The translations under genes and the position numbers were made by a program. Of a stretch of DNA of 64,000 nt, positions 1 to 15,000 are shown in pieces. Numbering within the stretch: the first letter of the stretch is position 1; the number at the start of each line of letters is the position of its first letter. The notes beneath the pieces are model-generated. The model did no database searches. It saw nothing but the letters and a program-made list of their open reading frames with translations, and was not told where the DNA came from. The stretch lies in contig OZ024742.1 of NCBI GenBank assembly GCA_964016885.1, positions 360,096,001 to 360,160,000 of the forward strand, in the 5' to 3' direction. This stretch comes from Eledone cirrhosa (Eukaryota).

Positions 1-3000
1 TGCAGAAGAGAGATAGAAAGGCTGAGATATGATGGAGGAGAAGAGATACAAAGGCTGGGATATGAAGGAGGAGAAAATAGATAGAAAGGCTGGGATGTGA
101 AGGTGGAGAAGAGAGATAGAAAGGCTGGGATGTGAAGGTGCAGAGGAGAGATGGAAAGGCTGAGATGTGAAGGTGGAGGAGAGAGATAGAAAGGCTGGGA
201 TGTGAAGGTGGAGAATAGAGATGGAAAGGCTGAGATGTGAAGGAGGAGAAGATAGATAGAAAGGCTGGGATGTGAAGGAGCAGAAGAGCGATAGAAAGGC
301 TGAGATGTGAAGGTGGAGAAGACAGATAGAAAGGCTGGGATGTGAAGGTGGAGAAGAGAGATGGAAAGGCTGAGATGTGAAGGAGGAGAAAATAGATAGA
401 AACGCTGGGATGTGAAGGAGCAGAAGAGCGATAGAAAGGCTGGCATGTGAAGGCGGAGATAATAGATAGAAAGGCTGAGATGTGAAGGAGGAGAAGATAG
501 ATAGAAAGGCTGGGATGTGAAAGTGGAGAAGAGTGATAGAAAGGCTGGGATGTGACGGAGAAGAAGAGAGATAGAAAGGCTGGGATGTGAAGGAGTCAAA
601 AATAGATAGAAAGGCTGAGATGTGAAGGAGAAGAGAGATAGAAAGGCTGGGATGTGAAGGTGGTGAAGCGAGATCGAAAGGCTGGGATGTGACGGAGCAG
701 AAGAGAGATAGAAAGGCTGGGATGTGAAGGTGGAGCAGAGAGATAGAAAGTCTGAGATGTGAAGGTGGAGAAGAGAGATAGAAAGGCTAGGATGTGAAGG
801 AGGAGAAGAGAGAGAGAAAGGGTGAGATGTGAAGATGGAAAAGAGAGATAGAAAGGCTGGGATGTGAAGGTGGAGAGGAGAGATAGAAAGGCTGGAACGT
901 GACGGAGGAGAAGAGAGATAGAAAGACTGGGATGTGAAGGAAGAGACGAGAGATAGAAAGGCTGGGATGTGACGGTGGAGAGGAGAGATAGAAAGGCTGG
1001 GATGTGAAGGTGGTGAAGAGAGGTAGAAAGGCTGGGATGTGACGGAGGAGAAGATAGATAGAAAGGCTGGGATGTGAAGTTGGAGGAGAGAGATAGAAAG
1101 GCTGCGATGTGAAGGTGGAGTAGGAAGATAGAAAGGCTGAGATGTGAAGGAAGAGAAGAGAGATTGAAAGGCTGAGATATGAAGGAGGAGAAGAGAGATA
1201 GAAAGGCTGGGATGTGAAGGTGGAGGAGAAGATAGAAAGGCTGGGATGTGAAGGTAGAAGAGATAGATAGAAAGGCTGGGATGTGAAGGTAGAGGAGAGA
1301 GATAGAAAGGCTGGGATGTGAAGAAGGAGAAGATAGATAGAAAGGCTGGGATGTGAGGGTGGAGAAGTGAGATATAAATGCTGGAATGTGAAGGAGGAGA
1401 AAATTGATAGAAAGGCTGAGATGTGAAGGAGGAGAAGATAGATAGAAAGGCTGGGATGTGAAGGTGGAGAAGAGAGATAGAAAGGCTGGGTTATGAAGGT
1501 CGAGGAGAGACATAGAAAGGCTGGGATGAGAAGGTGGAGAAGATAGATAGAAAGGCTGGGATGTGAAGGTAGGGAAGAGAGATAGAAGTGCTGAGATGTG
1601 AAGGTGGAGAAGAGAGATAGAAAGGCTGGGATGTGAAAGTAGAGAGGAGAGATAAAAAGGCTGGGATGTAAAGGTGGAGGAGAGATAGAATGGCTGCGAT
1701 GTGAAGGAGGAGAAGAGATAGAAATGCTGGGATGTGAAGGAGGAGAAAATAGATAGAAAGGCTGAGATGTGAAGGAGGATAAGATAGATAGAAATGCTGG
1801 GATGTGAAGGTGGAGAAGAGAGAGAGAAAGGCTCGGATGTGAAGGAGGTGATGATAGATAGAAAGGCTGGGATGTGAAGGAGGAGAAGAGAGATAGAAAG
1901 GCTGGGATGTGACGGAGGAGAAGAGAGATAGAAAGGCTGGGATGTGTAGGTCGAGGAGAGACATAGAAAGTCTGGGATGTGAATGAGGAGAAGAGATATA
2001 GAAAGGCTGAGATGTGAAGGTGGACAAGAGATAGAAAGGCTGGGATGTGAAGGTGTAGAAGAGAGATAGAAATGCTGAGATGTGAAGGTGGAGAAGAGAG
2101 ATAGAAAGGCTGGGATGTGAAGGTGGAGAGGAGAGATAGAAAGGCTGAGATGTGAAGGTGGAGAGGAGAGATAGAAAGGCTGAGATGTGAAGGTGGAGGA
2201 GAGATAGGAAGGCTGAGATATGAAGGAGGAGAAAATAGATTGAAAGGTTGAGATGTGAAGGAGGAGAAGAGAGATAGAAAGGCTGGGATGTGAAGGTGGA
2301 GAAGAGAGAGAGAAAAGCTGGGATGTGAAGGAGGAGAAGATAGATAGAAAGCCTGGGATGTGAAGGAGCAGAAGAGAGATAGAAAGGCTGGGATGTGAAG
2401 GTGGAAAAGAGAGATAGAGAGGCTGGGATGTGAAGGTGGAGAGGAGAGATAGAAAGGCTGGAATGTGACGGAGGAGAAGAGAGATAGAAAGACTGGGATG
2501 TGAAGGAAGAGACGAGAGATAGAATGGCTGGGATGTGACCGTGGAGAGGAGAGATAGAAAGGCTGGGATATGAAGGTGGAGAAGAGAGGTAGAAAGGCTG
2601 GGATGTGACGGAGGAGAAGAGAGATAGAAAGGCTGGGATGTAAAGGTGGAGAAGAGAGATAGAAAGGCTGGGATTTGAAGGTGGAGAGGAGAGATGGAAA
2701 GGCTGAGATGTGAAGTTGGAGGAGAGAGATAGAAAGGCTGGCATGTGAAGGAGGCAAAAATAGATAGAAAGGCTGAGATGTGAAGGAGAAGAGAGATAGA
2801 AAGGCTGGGATGTGAAGGTGGAGAAGAGAGATAGAAAGGCTGGGATATGAAGGTGGAGAAGAGAAATAGAAAGGCTGAGATGTGAAGGTGGAGAAGAGAG
2901 ATAGAAAGGCTGGGATGTGAAGGTGGAAAAGAGAGATAGAAAGGCCGGGATGTGAAGGTAGAGAGGAGAGATAGAAAGGCTGGGATGTGAAGGTGGAGGA

Positions 3001-6000
3001 GAGAGATAGAAAGGCTGGGATGTGACGGAGGAGATGAAAGATAGAAAGGCTGGGATGTGAAGGTGGAGAAGAGAGATAGAAAGGCTTGGATGTGAATGGG
3101 GAGAAGAGAGATAGAAAGGCTGAGATATGAAGGAGGAGAAGAGAGATAGATAGGCTGGGATGTGAAGGTGGAGGAGAGATAGGAAGGCTGAGATGTGAAG
3201 GTGGAGAAGAGAGATAGAAAGGCTGAGATATGAAGGAGGAGAAGAGATAGAAAGGCTGGGATATGAAGGAGGAGAAAATAGATAGAAAGGCTGAGATGTG
3301 AAGGAGGAGAAGAGAGATAGAAAGGCTGAGATGTGAAGGTGGAGAAGAGAGAGAGAAAGGCTGGGATGTGAAGGGGGAGAAGATAGATAGAAAGGCTGGG
3401 ATGTGAAGGAGCAGAAGAGACATAGAAAGGCTGGGATGTGAATGAGGAGAAGAGATATAGAAAGGCTGACATGTGAATGTGGACAAGAGATAGAAAGGCT
3501 GGGATGTGACGGAGCAGAAGAGAGATAGAAAGGCTGGGATGTGAAGGTGGAGAAGCGAGATCGAAAGGCTGGGATGTGACGGAGCAGAAGAGAGATAGAA
3601 AGGCTGGAATGTGAAGGTGGAGAAGAGAAATAGAAAGGCTGAGATGTGAAGGTGGAGAAGAGAGATAGAAAGGCTGGGATGTGAAGGTGGAAAAGAGAGC
3701 TAGAAAGACTGGGATGTGAAGGTGGAGAGGAGAGATAGAAAGGCTGGGATTTGAAGGTGGAGAGGAGAGATAGAAAGGCTGGCATGTGAAGGAGCCAAAA
3801 ATAGGTAGAAAGGCTGAGATGTGAAGGAGAAGAGAGATAGAAAGGCTGGGATGTGAAGGTGGAGAAGCGAGATCGAAAGGCTGGGATGTGACGGAGCAGA
3901 AGAGAGATAGAAAGGCTGGGATGTGAAGGTGGAGAAGAGAAATAGAAAGGCTGAGATGTGAAGGTGGAGAAGAGAGATAGAAAGGCTGGGATGTGAAGGA
4001 AGAGAAGATAGATAGAAAGGCTGGGATGTGAAGGTAGGGAAGAGAGATAGAAATGCTGAGATGTGAAGGTGGAGAAGAGAGATAGATAGGCTGGGATGTG
4101 AAGGTGGAGAAGTGAGATAGAAAGGCTGGGATGTGAAGGTCGAGGAGAGACATAGAAAGGCTGGGATGTGAATGAGGAGAAGAGATATAGAAAGGCTGGG
4201 ATATGAAGGAGGAGAAAATAGATAGAAAGGCTGTGATGTGAAGGAGGAGAAGAGAGATAGAAAGGCTGGGATGTGAAGGTAGAGAGGAGAGATAGAAAGG
4301 CTGGGATGTGAAGGTGGAGAAGAGAGATAGAAAGGCTGGGATGTGAAGGAAGAGAAGATAGATAGAAAGGCTGGGATGTGAAGGTAGGGAAGAGAGATAG
4401 AAATGCTGAGATGTGAAGGTGGAGAAGAGAGATAGATAGGCTGGGATGTGAAGGTGGAGAAGTGAGATAGAAAGGCTGGGATGTGAAGGTCGAGGAGAGA
4501 CATAGAAAGGCTCGGATGTGAATGAGGAGAAGAGATATAGAAAGGCTGAGATGTGAAGGTGGACAAGAGATAGAAAGGTTGGGATGTGAAGGTGGAGAAG
4601 AGAGATAGAAATGCTGAGATGTGAAGGTGGAGAAGAGAGATAGAAAGGCTGGGATGTGAAGGTGGAGAGGAGAGATAGAAAGGCTGAGATGTGAAGGTGG
4701 AGGAGAGATAGGAAGGCTGAGATATGAAGGAGGAGAAGAGATAGAAAGGCTGGGATATGAAGGATGAGAAAATAGATAGAAAGGCTGAGATGTGAAGGAG
4801 GAGAAGAGAGATAGAAAGGCTGGGATGTGAAGGTGGAGAAGAGAGAGAGAAAATCTGGGATGTGAAGGAGGAGAAGATAGATAGAAAGGCTGGCATGTGA
4901 AGGAGGCAAAAATAGATAGAAAGGCTGAGATGTGAAGGAGAAGAGAGATAGAAAGGCTGGGATGTGAAGGTGGAGAAGCGAGATCGAAAGGCTGGGATGT
5001 GACGGAGCAGAAGAGAGATAGAAAGGCTGGGATGTGAAGGTGGAGAAGAGAAATAGAAAGGCTGAGATGTGAAGGTGGAGAAGAGAGATAGAAAGGCTGG
5101 GATGTGAAGGTGGAAAAGAGAAATAGAAAGGCTGGGATGTGAAGGTGGAGAGGAGAGATAGAAAGGCTGGAATGTGACGGAGGAGAAGAGAGATAGAAAG
5201 ACTGGGATGTGAAGGAAGAGACGAGAGATAGAAAGGCTGGGATGTGACCGTGGAGAGGAGAGATAGAAAGGCTGGGATGTGAAGGTGGAGAAGAGAGGTA
5301 GAAAGGCTAGGATGTGACGGAGGAGAAGATAGATAGGAAGGCTGGGATGTGAAGTTGGAGGAGAGAGATACAAAGGCTGGGATGTGAAGGTGGAGTAGGA
5401 AGATAGAAACGCTGAGATGTGAAGGAAGAGAAGAGAGATAGAAAGGCTAAGATATGAAGGAGGAGAAGAGATAGAAAGGCTGGGATATGAAGGTGGAGAA
5501 AATAGATAGAAAAGCTGAGACGTGAAGGAGGAGAAGAGAGATAGAAAGGCTGGGATGTGAAGGTGGAGAAGAGAGATAGAAAGGCTGGGATGTGAAGGAG
5601 GAGAAGATAGATAGAAAGGCTGGGATGTGAAGGAGGAGAAGATAGATAGAAAGGCTGGGATGTGAAGGAGCAGAAGAGCGATAGAAAGGCTGAGATGTGA
5701 AGGTGGAGGAGAGAGCTAGAAAGGCTGGGATGCGAAGGTGGAGAAGAGAGATGGAAAGGCTGAGATGTGAAGGAGGAGAAGATAGATAGAAAGGCTGGGA
5801 TGTGAAGGACAGAAGAGCGATAGAAAGGCTGGGATGTGAAGGTGGAGAAGAGAGATAGAAAGGCTGGGATGTGAAGGTGGAGAAGAGAGATGGAAAGGCT
5901 GGGATGTGAATGTGGAGAAGAGAGATAGAAAGACTGAGATGTGAAGGTGGAAAAGAGAGATAGAATGTCGGAGATGTGAAGGAGGAGAAGAGAGATAGAA

Positions 6001-9000
6001 AGGCTGGGATGTGAAGGAGCAGAAGAGCGATAGAAAGGCTGGCATATGAAGGAGCAGAAGAGAGATAGAAAGGCTGGGATGTGAAGGTAGTGAAGAGAGA
6101 TAGAAAGGCTAGGACGTGAAAGGGGAGAAGAGAGATAGAAAGGCTGAGATATGAAGGAGGAGAAGAGAGATAGATAGGCTGGGATGTGAAGGAGCAGAAG
6201 AGACATAGAAAGGCTGGGATGTTAATGAGGAGAAAAGAGATAGAAAGGCTGAGATGTGAAGGTGGAGGAGAGATAGGAAGGCTGAGATATGAAGGAGGAG
6301 AAGAGATAGAAAGGCTGGAATATGAAGGAGGAGAAAATAGATAGAAAGGCTGAGATGTGAAGGAGGAGAAGGGAGATAGAAAGGCTGGGATGTGAAGGTA
6401 GAGAGGAGAGATAGAAAGGCTGGGATGTGAAGGTAGGGAAGAGAGATAGAAATGCTGAGATGTGAAGGTGGAGAAGTGAGATAGAAAGGCTGGGATGTGA
6501 AGGTCGAGGAGAGACATAGAAAGGCTGGGATGTGAATGAGGAGAAGAGATATAGAAAGGCTGAGATGTGAAGGTGGACAAGAGATAGAAAGGCTGGGATG
6601 TGAAGGTGGAGAAGAGAGATAGAAATGCTGAGATGTGAAGGTGGAGAAAAGAGATAGAAAGGCTGGGATGTGAAGGTGGAGAGGAGAGATAGAAAGGCTG
6701 GGATGTGAAGGTGGAGAAGAGAGATGGAAAGGCTGGGATGTGAATGTGGAGAAGAGAGATCGAAAGACTGAGATGTGAAGGTGGAAAAGAGAGATAGAAT
6801 GTCGGAGATGTGAAGGAGGAGAAGAGAGATAGAAAGGCTGGGATGTGAAGGAGCAGAAGAGCGATAGAAAGGCTGGCATATGAAGGAGCAGAAGAGAGAT
6901 AGAAAGGCTGGGATGTGAAGGTAGTGAAGAGAGATAGAAAGGCTAGGACGTGAAAGGGGAGAAGAGAGATAGAAAGGCTGAGATATGAAGGAGGAGAAGA
7001 GATAGAAAGGCTGGGATATGAAGGAGGAGAAAATAGATAGAAAAGCTGAGATGTGAAGGTGGAGGAGAGATAGGAAGGCTGAGATATGAAGGAGGAGAAG
7101 AGATAGAAAGGCTGGGATATGAAGGAGGAGAAAATAGATAGAAAGGCTGAGATGTGAAGGAGGAGAAGAGAGATAGAAAGGCTGGGATGTGAAGGTGGAG
7201 AAGAGAGAGAGAAAAGCTGGGATGTGAAGGAGGAGAAGATAGATAGAAAGGCTGGGATGTGAAGGTGGAGAAGAGAGATAGAAAGGCTGGGATTTGAAGG
7301 TGGAGAGGAGAGATGGAAAGGCTGAGATGTGAAGTTGGAGGAGAGAGATAGAAAGGCTGGCATGTGAAGGAGGCAAAAATAGATAGAAAGGCTGAGATGT
7401 GAAGGAGAAGAGCGATAGAAAGGCAGGGATGTGAAGGTGGAGAAGCGAGATCGAAAGGCTGGGATGTGACGGAGCAGAAGAGAGATAGAAAGGCTGGGAT
7501 GTGAAGGTGGAGAAGAGAAATAGAAAGGCTGAGATGTGAAGGTGGAGAAGAGAGATAGAAAGGCTGGGATGTGAAGGTGGAAAAGAGAGATAGAAAGGCT
7601 GGGATGTGAAGGTGGAGAGGAGAGATAGAAAGGCTGGAATGTGACGGAGGAGAAGAGAGATAGAAAGACTGGGATGTGATGGAAGAGACGAGAGATAGAA
7701 AGGCTGGGATCTGACCGTGGAGAGGAGAGATAGAAAGGCTGGGATCCGAAGGTGGAGAAGAGAGGTAGAAAGGCTGGGATGTAACGGAGGAGAAGATAGA
7801 TAGGAATGCTGGGATGTGAAGTTGGAGGAGAGAGATACAAAGGCTGGGATGTGAAGGTGGACTAGGAAGATAGAAAGGCTGAGATGTGAAGGAAGATAAG
7901 AGAGATAGAAAGGCCGGAGATATGAAGGAGGAGAAGAGATAGAAAGGCTGGGATATGAAGGAGGAGAAAATAGATAGAAAAGCTGAGACGTGAAGGAGGA
8001 GAAGAGAGATAGAAAGGCTGGGATGTGAAGGTGGAGAAGAGAGAGAGAAAGGCTGGGATGTGAAGGAGGAGAAGATAGATAGAAAGGCTGGGATGTGAAG
8101 GAGCAGAAGAGCGATAGAAAGGCTGAGATGTGAAGGTGGAGGAGAGAGCTAGAAAGGCTGGGATGCGAAGGTGGAGAAGAGAGATGGAAAGGCTGAGATG
8201 TGAAGGAGGAGAAGAGAGATAGAAAGGCAGGGATGGGAACGTGGAGAAGAGAGATAGAAAGGCTGAGATGTGAAGGTGGAAAAGAGAGATAGAAAGGCTC
8301 GGATGTGAAGGAGCAGAAGAGCGATAGAAAGGCTGGCATATGAAGGAGCAGAAGAGAGATAGAAAGGCGGAGATGTGAAGGTGGAGGAGAGAGATAGAAA
8401 GGCTGGGATGTGACGGAGGAGAAGAGAGATAGAAAGACTGGGATGTGAAGGAGGAGACGAGAGATAGAAAGGCTGGGATGTGAAGGTGGAGAAGAGAGAT
8501 AGAAAGGCGGAGATGTGAAAGAAAAGAAGAGAGATAGAATGGCTGGGATGTGAAGGAAGAGAAGATAGATAGAAAGGCTGGGATGTGAAGGTAGGGAAGA
8601 GAGATAGAAATGCTGGGATGTGAAGGTAGGGAAGAGAGATAGAAATGCTGAGATGTGAAGGTGGAGAAGAGAGATAGAAAGGCTGGGATGTGAAGGTAGA
8701 GAGGAGAGATAGAAAGGCTGGGATGTGAAGGTGGAGGAGAGAGATAGAAAGGCTGGGATGTGACGGAGGAGATGAAAGATAGAAAGGCTGGGATGTGAAG
8801 GTAGTGAAGAGAGATAGAAAGGCTAGGATGTGAAAGGGGAGAAGAGAGATAGAAAGGCTGAGATATGAAGGAGGAGAAGAGAGATAGATAGGCTGGGATG
8901 TGAAGGTGGAGGAGAGGTAGGAAGGCTGAGATGTGAAGGTGGAGAAGAGAGATAGAAAGGCTGTGATATGAAGGAGGAGAAGAGATAGAAAGGCTGGGAT

Positions 9001-12000
9001 ATGAAGGAGGAGAAAATAGATAGAAAGGCTGAGATGTGAAGGAGGAGAAGAGAGATAGAAAGGCTGGTGTGTGAAGGTGGAGAAGAGAGATAGAAAGGCT
9101 GGGATGTGAAGGAGCAAAAGAGACATAGAAAGGCTGGGATGTGATTGAGGAGAAGAGATATAGAAAGGCTAAGATGTGAAGGTGGACAAGAGATAGAAAG
9201 GCTGGGATGTGAAGGTGGAGAAGAGAGATAGAAATGCTGAGATGTGAAGGTGGAGAGGAGAGATAGAAAGGCTGAGATGTGAAGGTGGAGGAGAGATAGG
9301 AAGGCTGAGATATGAAGGAGGAGAAGAGATAGAAAGGCTGGGATATGAAGGAGGAGAAAATAGATAGAAAGGCTGAGATGTGAAGGAGGAGAAGAGAGAT
9401 AGAAAGGCTGGGATGTGAAGGTAGAGAGGAGAGATAGAAAGGCAGGGATGTGAAGGAAAAGAAGAGAGATAGAAAGGCAGGGATGTGAAGGTAGGGAAGA
9501 GAGATAGAAATGCTGAGATGTGAAGGTGGAGAAGAGAGATAGATAGGCTGGGATGTGAAGGTGGAGAAGTGAGATAGAAAGGCTGGGATGTGAATGTTGA
9601 GGAGAGACATAGAAAGGCTGGGATGTGAATGTTGAGGAGAGACATAGAAAGGCTGGGATGTGAATGAGGAGAAGAGATATAGAAAGGCTGAGATGTGAAG
9701 GTGGACAAGAGATAGATAGGCTGGGATGTGAACGTGGAGAAGAGAGATAGAAATGCTGAGATGTGAAGGTGGAGAAGAGAGATAGAAAGGCTGGGATGTG
9801 AAGGTGGAGACGAGAGATAGAAAGGCTGAGATATGAAGGTGGAGGAGAGATAGGAAGGCTGAGATATGAAGGAGGAAAAGAGATAGAAAGGCTGGGATAT
9901 GAAGGAGGAGAAGAGAGATAGAAAGGCTGCGATGTGAAGGTGGAGAAGAGTGAGAGAAAAGCTGGGATGTGAAGGAGGAGAAGAGAGATAGAAAGGCTGG
10001 GATGTGAAGGTGGAGAAGAGAGATAGAAAGGCTGGGATTTGAAGGTGGAGAGGAGAGATGGAAAGGCTGAGATGTGAAGTTGGAGGAGAGAGATAGAAAG
10101 GCTGGCATGTGAAGGAGGCAAAAATAGATAGAAAGGCTGAGATGTGAAGGAGAAGAGAGATAGAAAGGCTGGGATGTGAAGGTGGAGAAGCGAGATCGAA
10201 AGGCTGGGATGTGACGGAGCAGAAGAGAGATAGAAAGGCTGGGATGTGAAGGTGGAGAAGAGAGATAGAAAGGCTGGGATGTGAAGGTGGAAAAGAGAGA
10301 TAGAAAGGCTGGGATGTGAAGGTGGAGAGGAGAGATAGAAAGGCTGGAATGTGACGGATGAGAAGAGAGATAGAAAGACTGGGATGTGAAGGAAGAGACG
10401 AGAGATAGAAAGGCTGGAATGTGACCGTGGACAGGAGAGATAGAAAGGCTGGGATATGAAGGTGGAGAAGAGAGGTAGAAAGGCTGGGAAGTGACGGAGG
10501 AGAAGATAGATAGGAAGGCTGGGATGTGAAGTTGGAGGAGAGAGATACAAAGGCTGGGATGTGAAGGTGGAGTAGGAAGATAGAAAGGCTGAGATGTGAA
10601 GGAAGAGAAGAGAGATAGAAAGGCTGAGACGTGAAGGAGGAGAAGAGAGAGAGAAAGGCTGGGATGTGAAGGAGGAGAAGATAGATAGAAAGGCTGGGAT
10701 GTGAAGGAGCAGAAGAGAGATAGAAAGGCTGGGATGTGAAGTAGGCGAAAATAGATACAAAGGCTGAGATGTGAAGGAGAAGAGAGATAGAAAGGCTGGG
10801 ATATGAAGGTGGAGGAGAGAGATTGAAAGGCTGAGATGTGAAGGAGGAGAAGAGAGATAGAAAGGCTGGGATGTGAAGGAGGAGAAGATAGATAGAAAGG
10901 CTGGGATGTGAAGGTGGAGAAGAGAGATTGAAAGGCTGAGATGTGAAGGAAGAGAAGAGAGATAGGAAGGCTGAGATGTGAAGGAGGAGAAGAGAGATAG
11001 AATGGTTGGGATGTGAAGCAGGAGATGAGAGATAGAAAGGCTGGGATGTGAAGGCGGAGAAGAGAGATAGAAAGGCTGGAATGTGAAGGTGGAGAGGAGA
11101 GATAGAAAGGCTGAGATGTGAAGGTGGAGAAGAGAGAGAGAAAGGCTGGGATGTGAAGGTCGAGGAGAGACATAGAAAGGCTGGGATGAGAAGGAGGAGA
11201 AGAGATATAGAAAGGCTGAGATATGAAGGTGAAGAGAGATGGAAAGGCAGGGATGTGAATGTGGAGAAGAGAGATAGAAAGGCTGGGATGTAACGGTGGA
11301 GAAGAGAGATAGAAAGGCTGGGATGTGAAGGAGGAGAAGATAGATAGAAAGGCTGGGATGTGAAGGTGGAGAAGAGAGATAGAAAGGCTGGGATGTGAAG
11401 GTCGAGGAGAGACATAGAAAGGCTGGGATGTGAAGGAGGAGAAGAGATATAGAAAGGCTGAGATATGAAGGTGAAGAGAGATGGAAAGGCTGGGATGTGA
11501 ATGTGGAGAAGAGAGATAGAAAGGCTGGGATGTGACGGAGGAGAAGAGAGATAGAAAGGCTGGTATGTGAAGGAGAAGAACATAGATAGAAAGGCTGGGA
11601 TGTGAAGGTGGAGAAGTGAGATAGAAAGGCTGGGATGTGAAGGTGGAGAGGAGAGATAGAAAGGCTGGGATGTGAAGGTGGAGGAGAGATAGAAAGGCTG
11701 AGATGTGAAGGTGGAGGAGAGAGATAGAAAGTCTGGGATGTGAAGGTGGAGAAGAGAGATAGAAAGGCTGGGATGTGAAGGTAGAGAAGAGAGATAGAAA
11801 GGCGGAGATATGAAGGAGGAGAAGAGAGATAGAAAGGCTGGCATATGAAGGAGCAGAAGAGAGATAGAAAGGGTGGGATGTGATGGTGGAGAAGAGAGAT
11901 GGAAAGGCTGAGATGTGAAGGTGGAGGAGAGAGATAGAAAGGCTGGGATGTGACGGATGAGACGAGAGATACAAAGGCTGGGATGTGACGGGGGAGAAGA

Positions 12001-15000
12001 CAGATAGAAAGACTGGGATGTGAAGGTAGGGAAGAGAGATAGAAAGGCTGAGATGTGATGGAGGAGAAGAGAGATAGAAAGACTGGGATGTGAAGGAGGA
12101 GACGAGAGATAGAAAGGCGGAGATGTGAATGAAAAGAAGACAGATAGAAAGGCTGGGATGTGAAGGAAGAGAAGATAGATAGAAAGGCTGGGATGTGAAG
12201 GTAGGGAAGAGAGATAGAAAGGCTGAGATGTGATGGAGGAGAAGAGAGATAGAAAGACTGGGATGTGAAGGAGGAGACGAGAGATAGAAAGGCTGGGATG
12301 TGACGGAGGAGAAGACAGATAGAAAGACTGGGATGTGAAGGAGGAGACGAGAGATAGAAAGGCTGAATGTGACGGGGGAGAAGACAGATAGAAAGTCTGG
12401 GATGTGATGGTGGAGAAGAGAGATAGAAAGCTGGCATGTGAAGGTGGAGAAGAGAGATAGAAAGGCTGAGATGTGAAGGTGGAGAAGAGAGATAGAAAGG
12501 CTGAGATGTGAATGTGGAGAAGAGAGATAGAAAGGCTGAGATGTGAAGGAGGAGAAGACAGACAGAAAGGCTGCGATGTGAAGGAGGAGAAGAGAGATAG
12601 AAAGCCTGGAATGTGAAGGTGGAGGAGAGAGATAGAAAGGCTGGGATGTGAAGGTAGAGAAGAGAGATAGGAAGGCTGAGATGTGAAGGAGGAGAAGAGA
12701 GATAGAAAGGTTGGGATGTGAAGGAGGAGATGAGAGATAGAAAGGCTGGGATATGAAGGTGGAGAAGAGAGAGAGAAAGGCTGGGATGTGAAGGAGGAGA
12801 AGATAGATAGAAAGGCTGGGATGTGAAGGAGCAGAAGAGCGATAGAAAGGCTGAGATGTGAAGGTGGAGGAGAGAGCTAGAAAGGCTGGGATGTGAAGGT
12901 GGAGAAGAGAGAGAGAAAGGCTGGGATGTGAAGGAGGAGAAGATAGATAGAAAGGCTGGGATGTGAAGGAGCAGAAGAGCGATAGAAAGGCTGAGATGTG
13001 AAGGTGGAGGAGAGAGCTAGAAAGGCTGGGATGCGAAGGTGGAGAAGAGAGATGGAAAGGCTGAGATGTGAAGGAGGAGAAGATAGATAGAAAGGCTGGG
13101 ATGTGAAGGAGGAGAAGAGAGATAGAAAGGCAGGGATGGGAACGTGGAGAAGAGAGATAGAAAGGCTGAGATGTGAAGGTGGAAAAGAGAGATAGAAAGG
13201 CTCGGATGTGAAGGAGCAGAAGAGCGATAGAAAGGCTGGCATATGAAGGAGCAGAAGAGAGATAGAAAGGGTGGAATGTGAAGATGGAGAAGAGAGATGG
13301 AAAGGCTGAGATGTGAAGGTGGAGGAGAGAGATAGAAAGGCTGGGATGTGACGGAGGAGAAGAGAGATAGAAAGACTGGGATGTGAAGGAGGAGACGAGA
13401 GATAGAAAGGCTGGGATGTGAAGGTGGAGAAGAGAGATAGAAAGGCGGAGATGTGAAAGAAAAGAAGAGAGATAGAATGGCTGGGATGTGAAGGTAGGGA
13501 AGAGAGATAGAAATGCTGAGATGTGAAGGTGGAGAAGAGAGATAGAAAGGCTGGGATGTGAAGGTAGAGAGGAGAGATAGAAAGGCTGGGATGTGAAGGT
13601 GGAGGAGAGAGATAGAAAGGCTGGGATGTGACGGAGGAGATGAAAGTTAGAAAGGCTGGGATGTGAAGGTAGTGAAGAGAGATAGAAAGGCTAGGATGTG
13701 AAAGGGGAGAAGAGAGATAGAAAGGCTGAGATATGAAGGAGGAGAAGAGAGATAGATAGGCTGGGATGTGAAGGTGGAGGAGAGAGATAGAAATGCTGAG
13801 ATGTGAAGGTGGAGAGGAGAGATAGAAAGGCTGAGATGTGAAGGTGGAGGAGAGATAGAAAGGCTGGGATATGAAGGAGGAGAAAATAGATAGAAAGGCT
13901 GAGATGTGAAGGAGGAGAAGAGAGATAGAAAGGCTGGGATGTGAAGGTAGAGAGGAGAGATAGAAAGGCTGGGATGTGAAGGTGGAGAAGAGAGATAGAA
14001 AGGCAGGGATGTGAAGGAAAAGAAGATAGATAGAAAGGCTGGGATGTGAAGGTAGGGAAGAGAGATAGAAATGCTGAGATGTGAAGGTGGAGAAGAGAGA
14101 TAGATAGGCTGGGATGTGAAGGTGGAGAAGTGAGATAGATAGGCTGGGATGTGAAGGTTGAGGAGAGACATAGAAAGGCTGGGATGTGAATGAGGAGAAG
14201 AGATATAGAAAGGCTGAGATGTGAAGGTGGACAAGAGATAGATAGGCTGGGATGTGAAGGTGGAGAAGAGAGATAGAAATGCTGAGATGTGAAGGTGGAG
14301 AAGAGAGATAGAAAGGCTGGGATGTGAAGGTGGAGACGAGAGATAGAAAGGCTGAGATGTGAAGGTGGAGGAGAGATAGGAAGGCTGAGATATGAAGGAG
14401 GAGAAGAGATAGAAAGGCTGGGATATGAAGGAGGAGAAAATAGATAGAAAGGCTGAGATGTGAAGGAGGAGAAGAGAGATAGAAAGGCTGGGATGTGAAG
14501 GTGGAGAAGAGTGAGAGAAAAGCTGGGATGTGAAGGAGGAGATGATAGATAGAAAGGCTGGGATGTGAAGGAGCAGAAGAGAGATAGAAAGGCTGGGATG
14601 TGAAGGTGGAGAAGAGAGATAGAAAGGCTGGGATTTGAAGGTGGAGAGGAGAGATGGAAAGGCTGAGATGTGAAGTTGGAGGAGAGAGATAGAAAGGCTG
14701 GCATGTGAAGGTGGCAAAAATAGATAGAAAGGCTGAGATGTGAAGGAGAAGAGAGATAGAAAGGCTGGGATGTGAAGGTGGAGAAGCGAGATCGAAAGGC
14801 TGGGATGTGACGGAGCAGAAGAGAGATAGAAAGGCTGGGATGTGAAGGTGGAGAAGAGAGATAGAAAGGCTGGGATGTGAAGGTGGAAAAGAGAGATAGA
14901 AAGGCTGGGATGTGAAGGTGGAGAGGAGAGATAGAAAGGCTGGAAAGTGACGGATGAGAAGAGAGATAGAAAGACTGGGATGTGAAGGAAGAGACGAGAG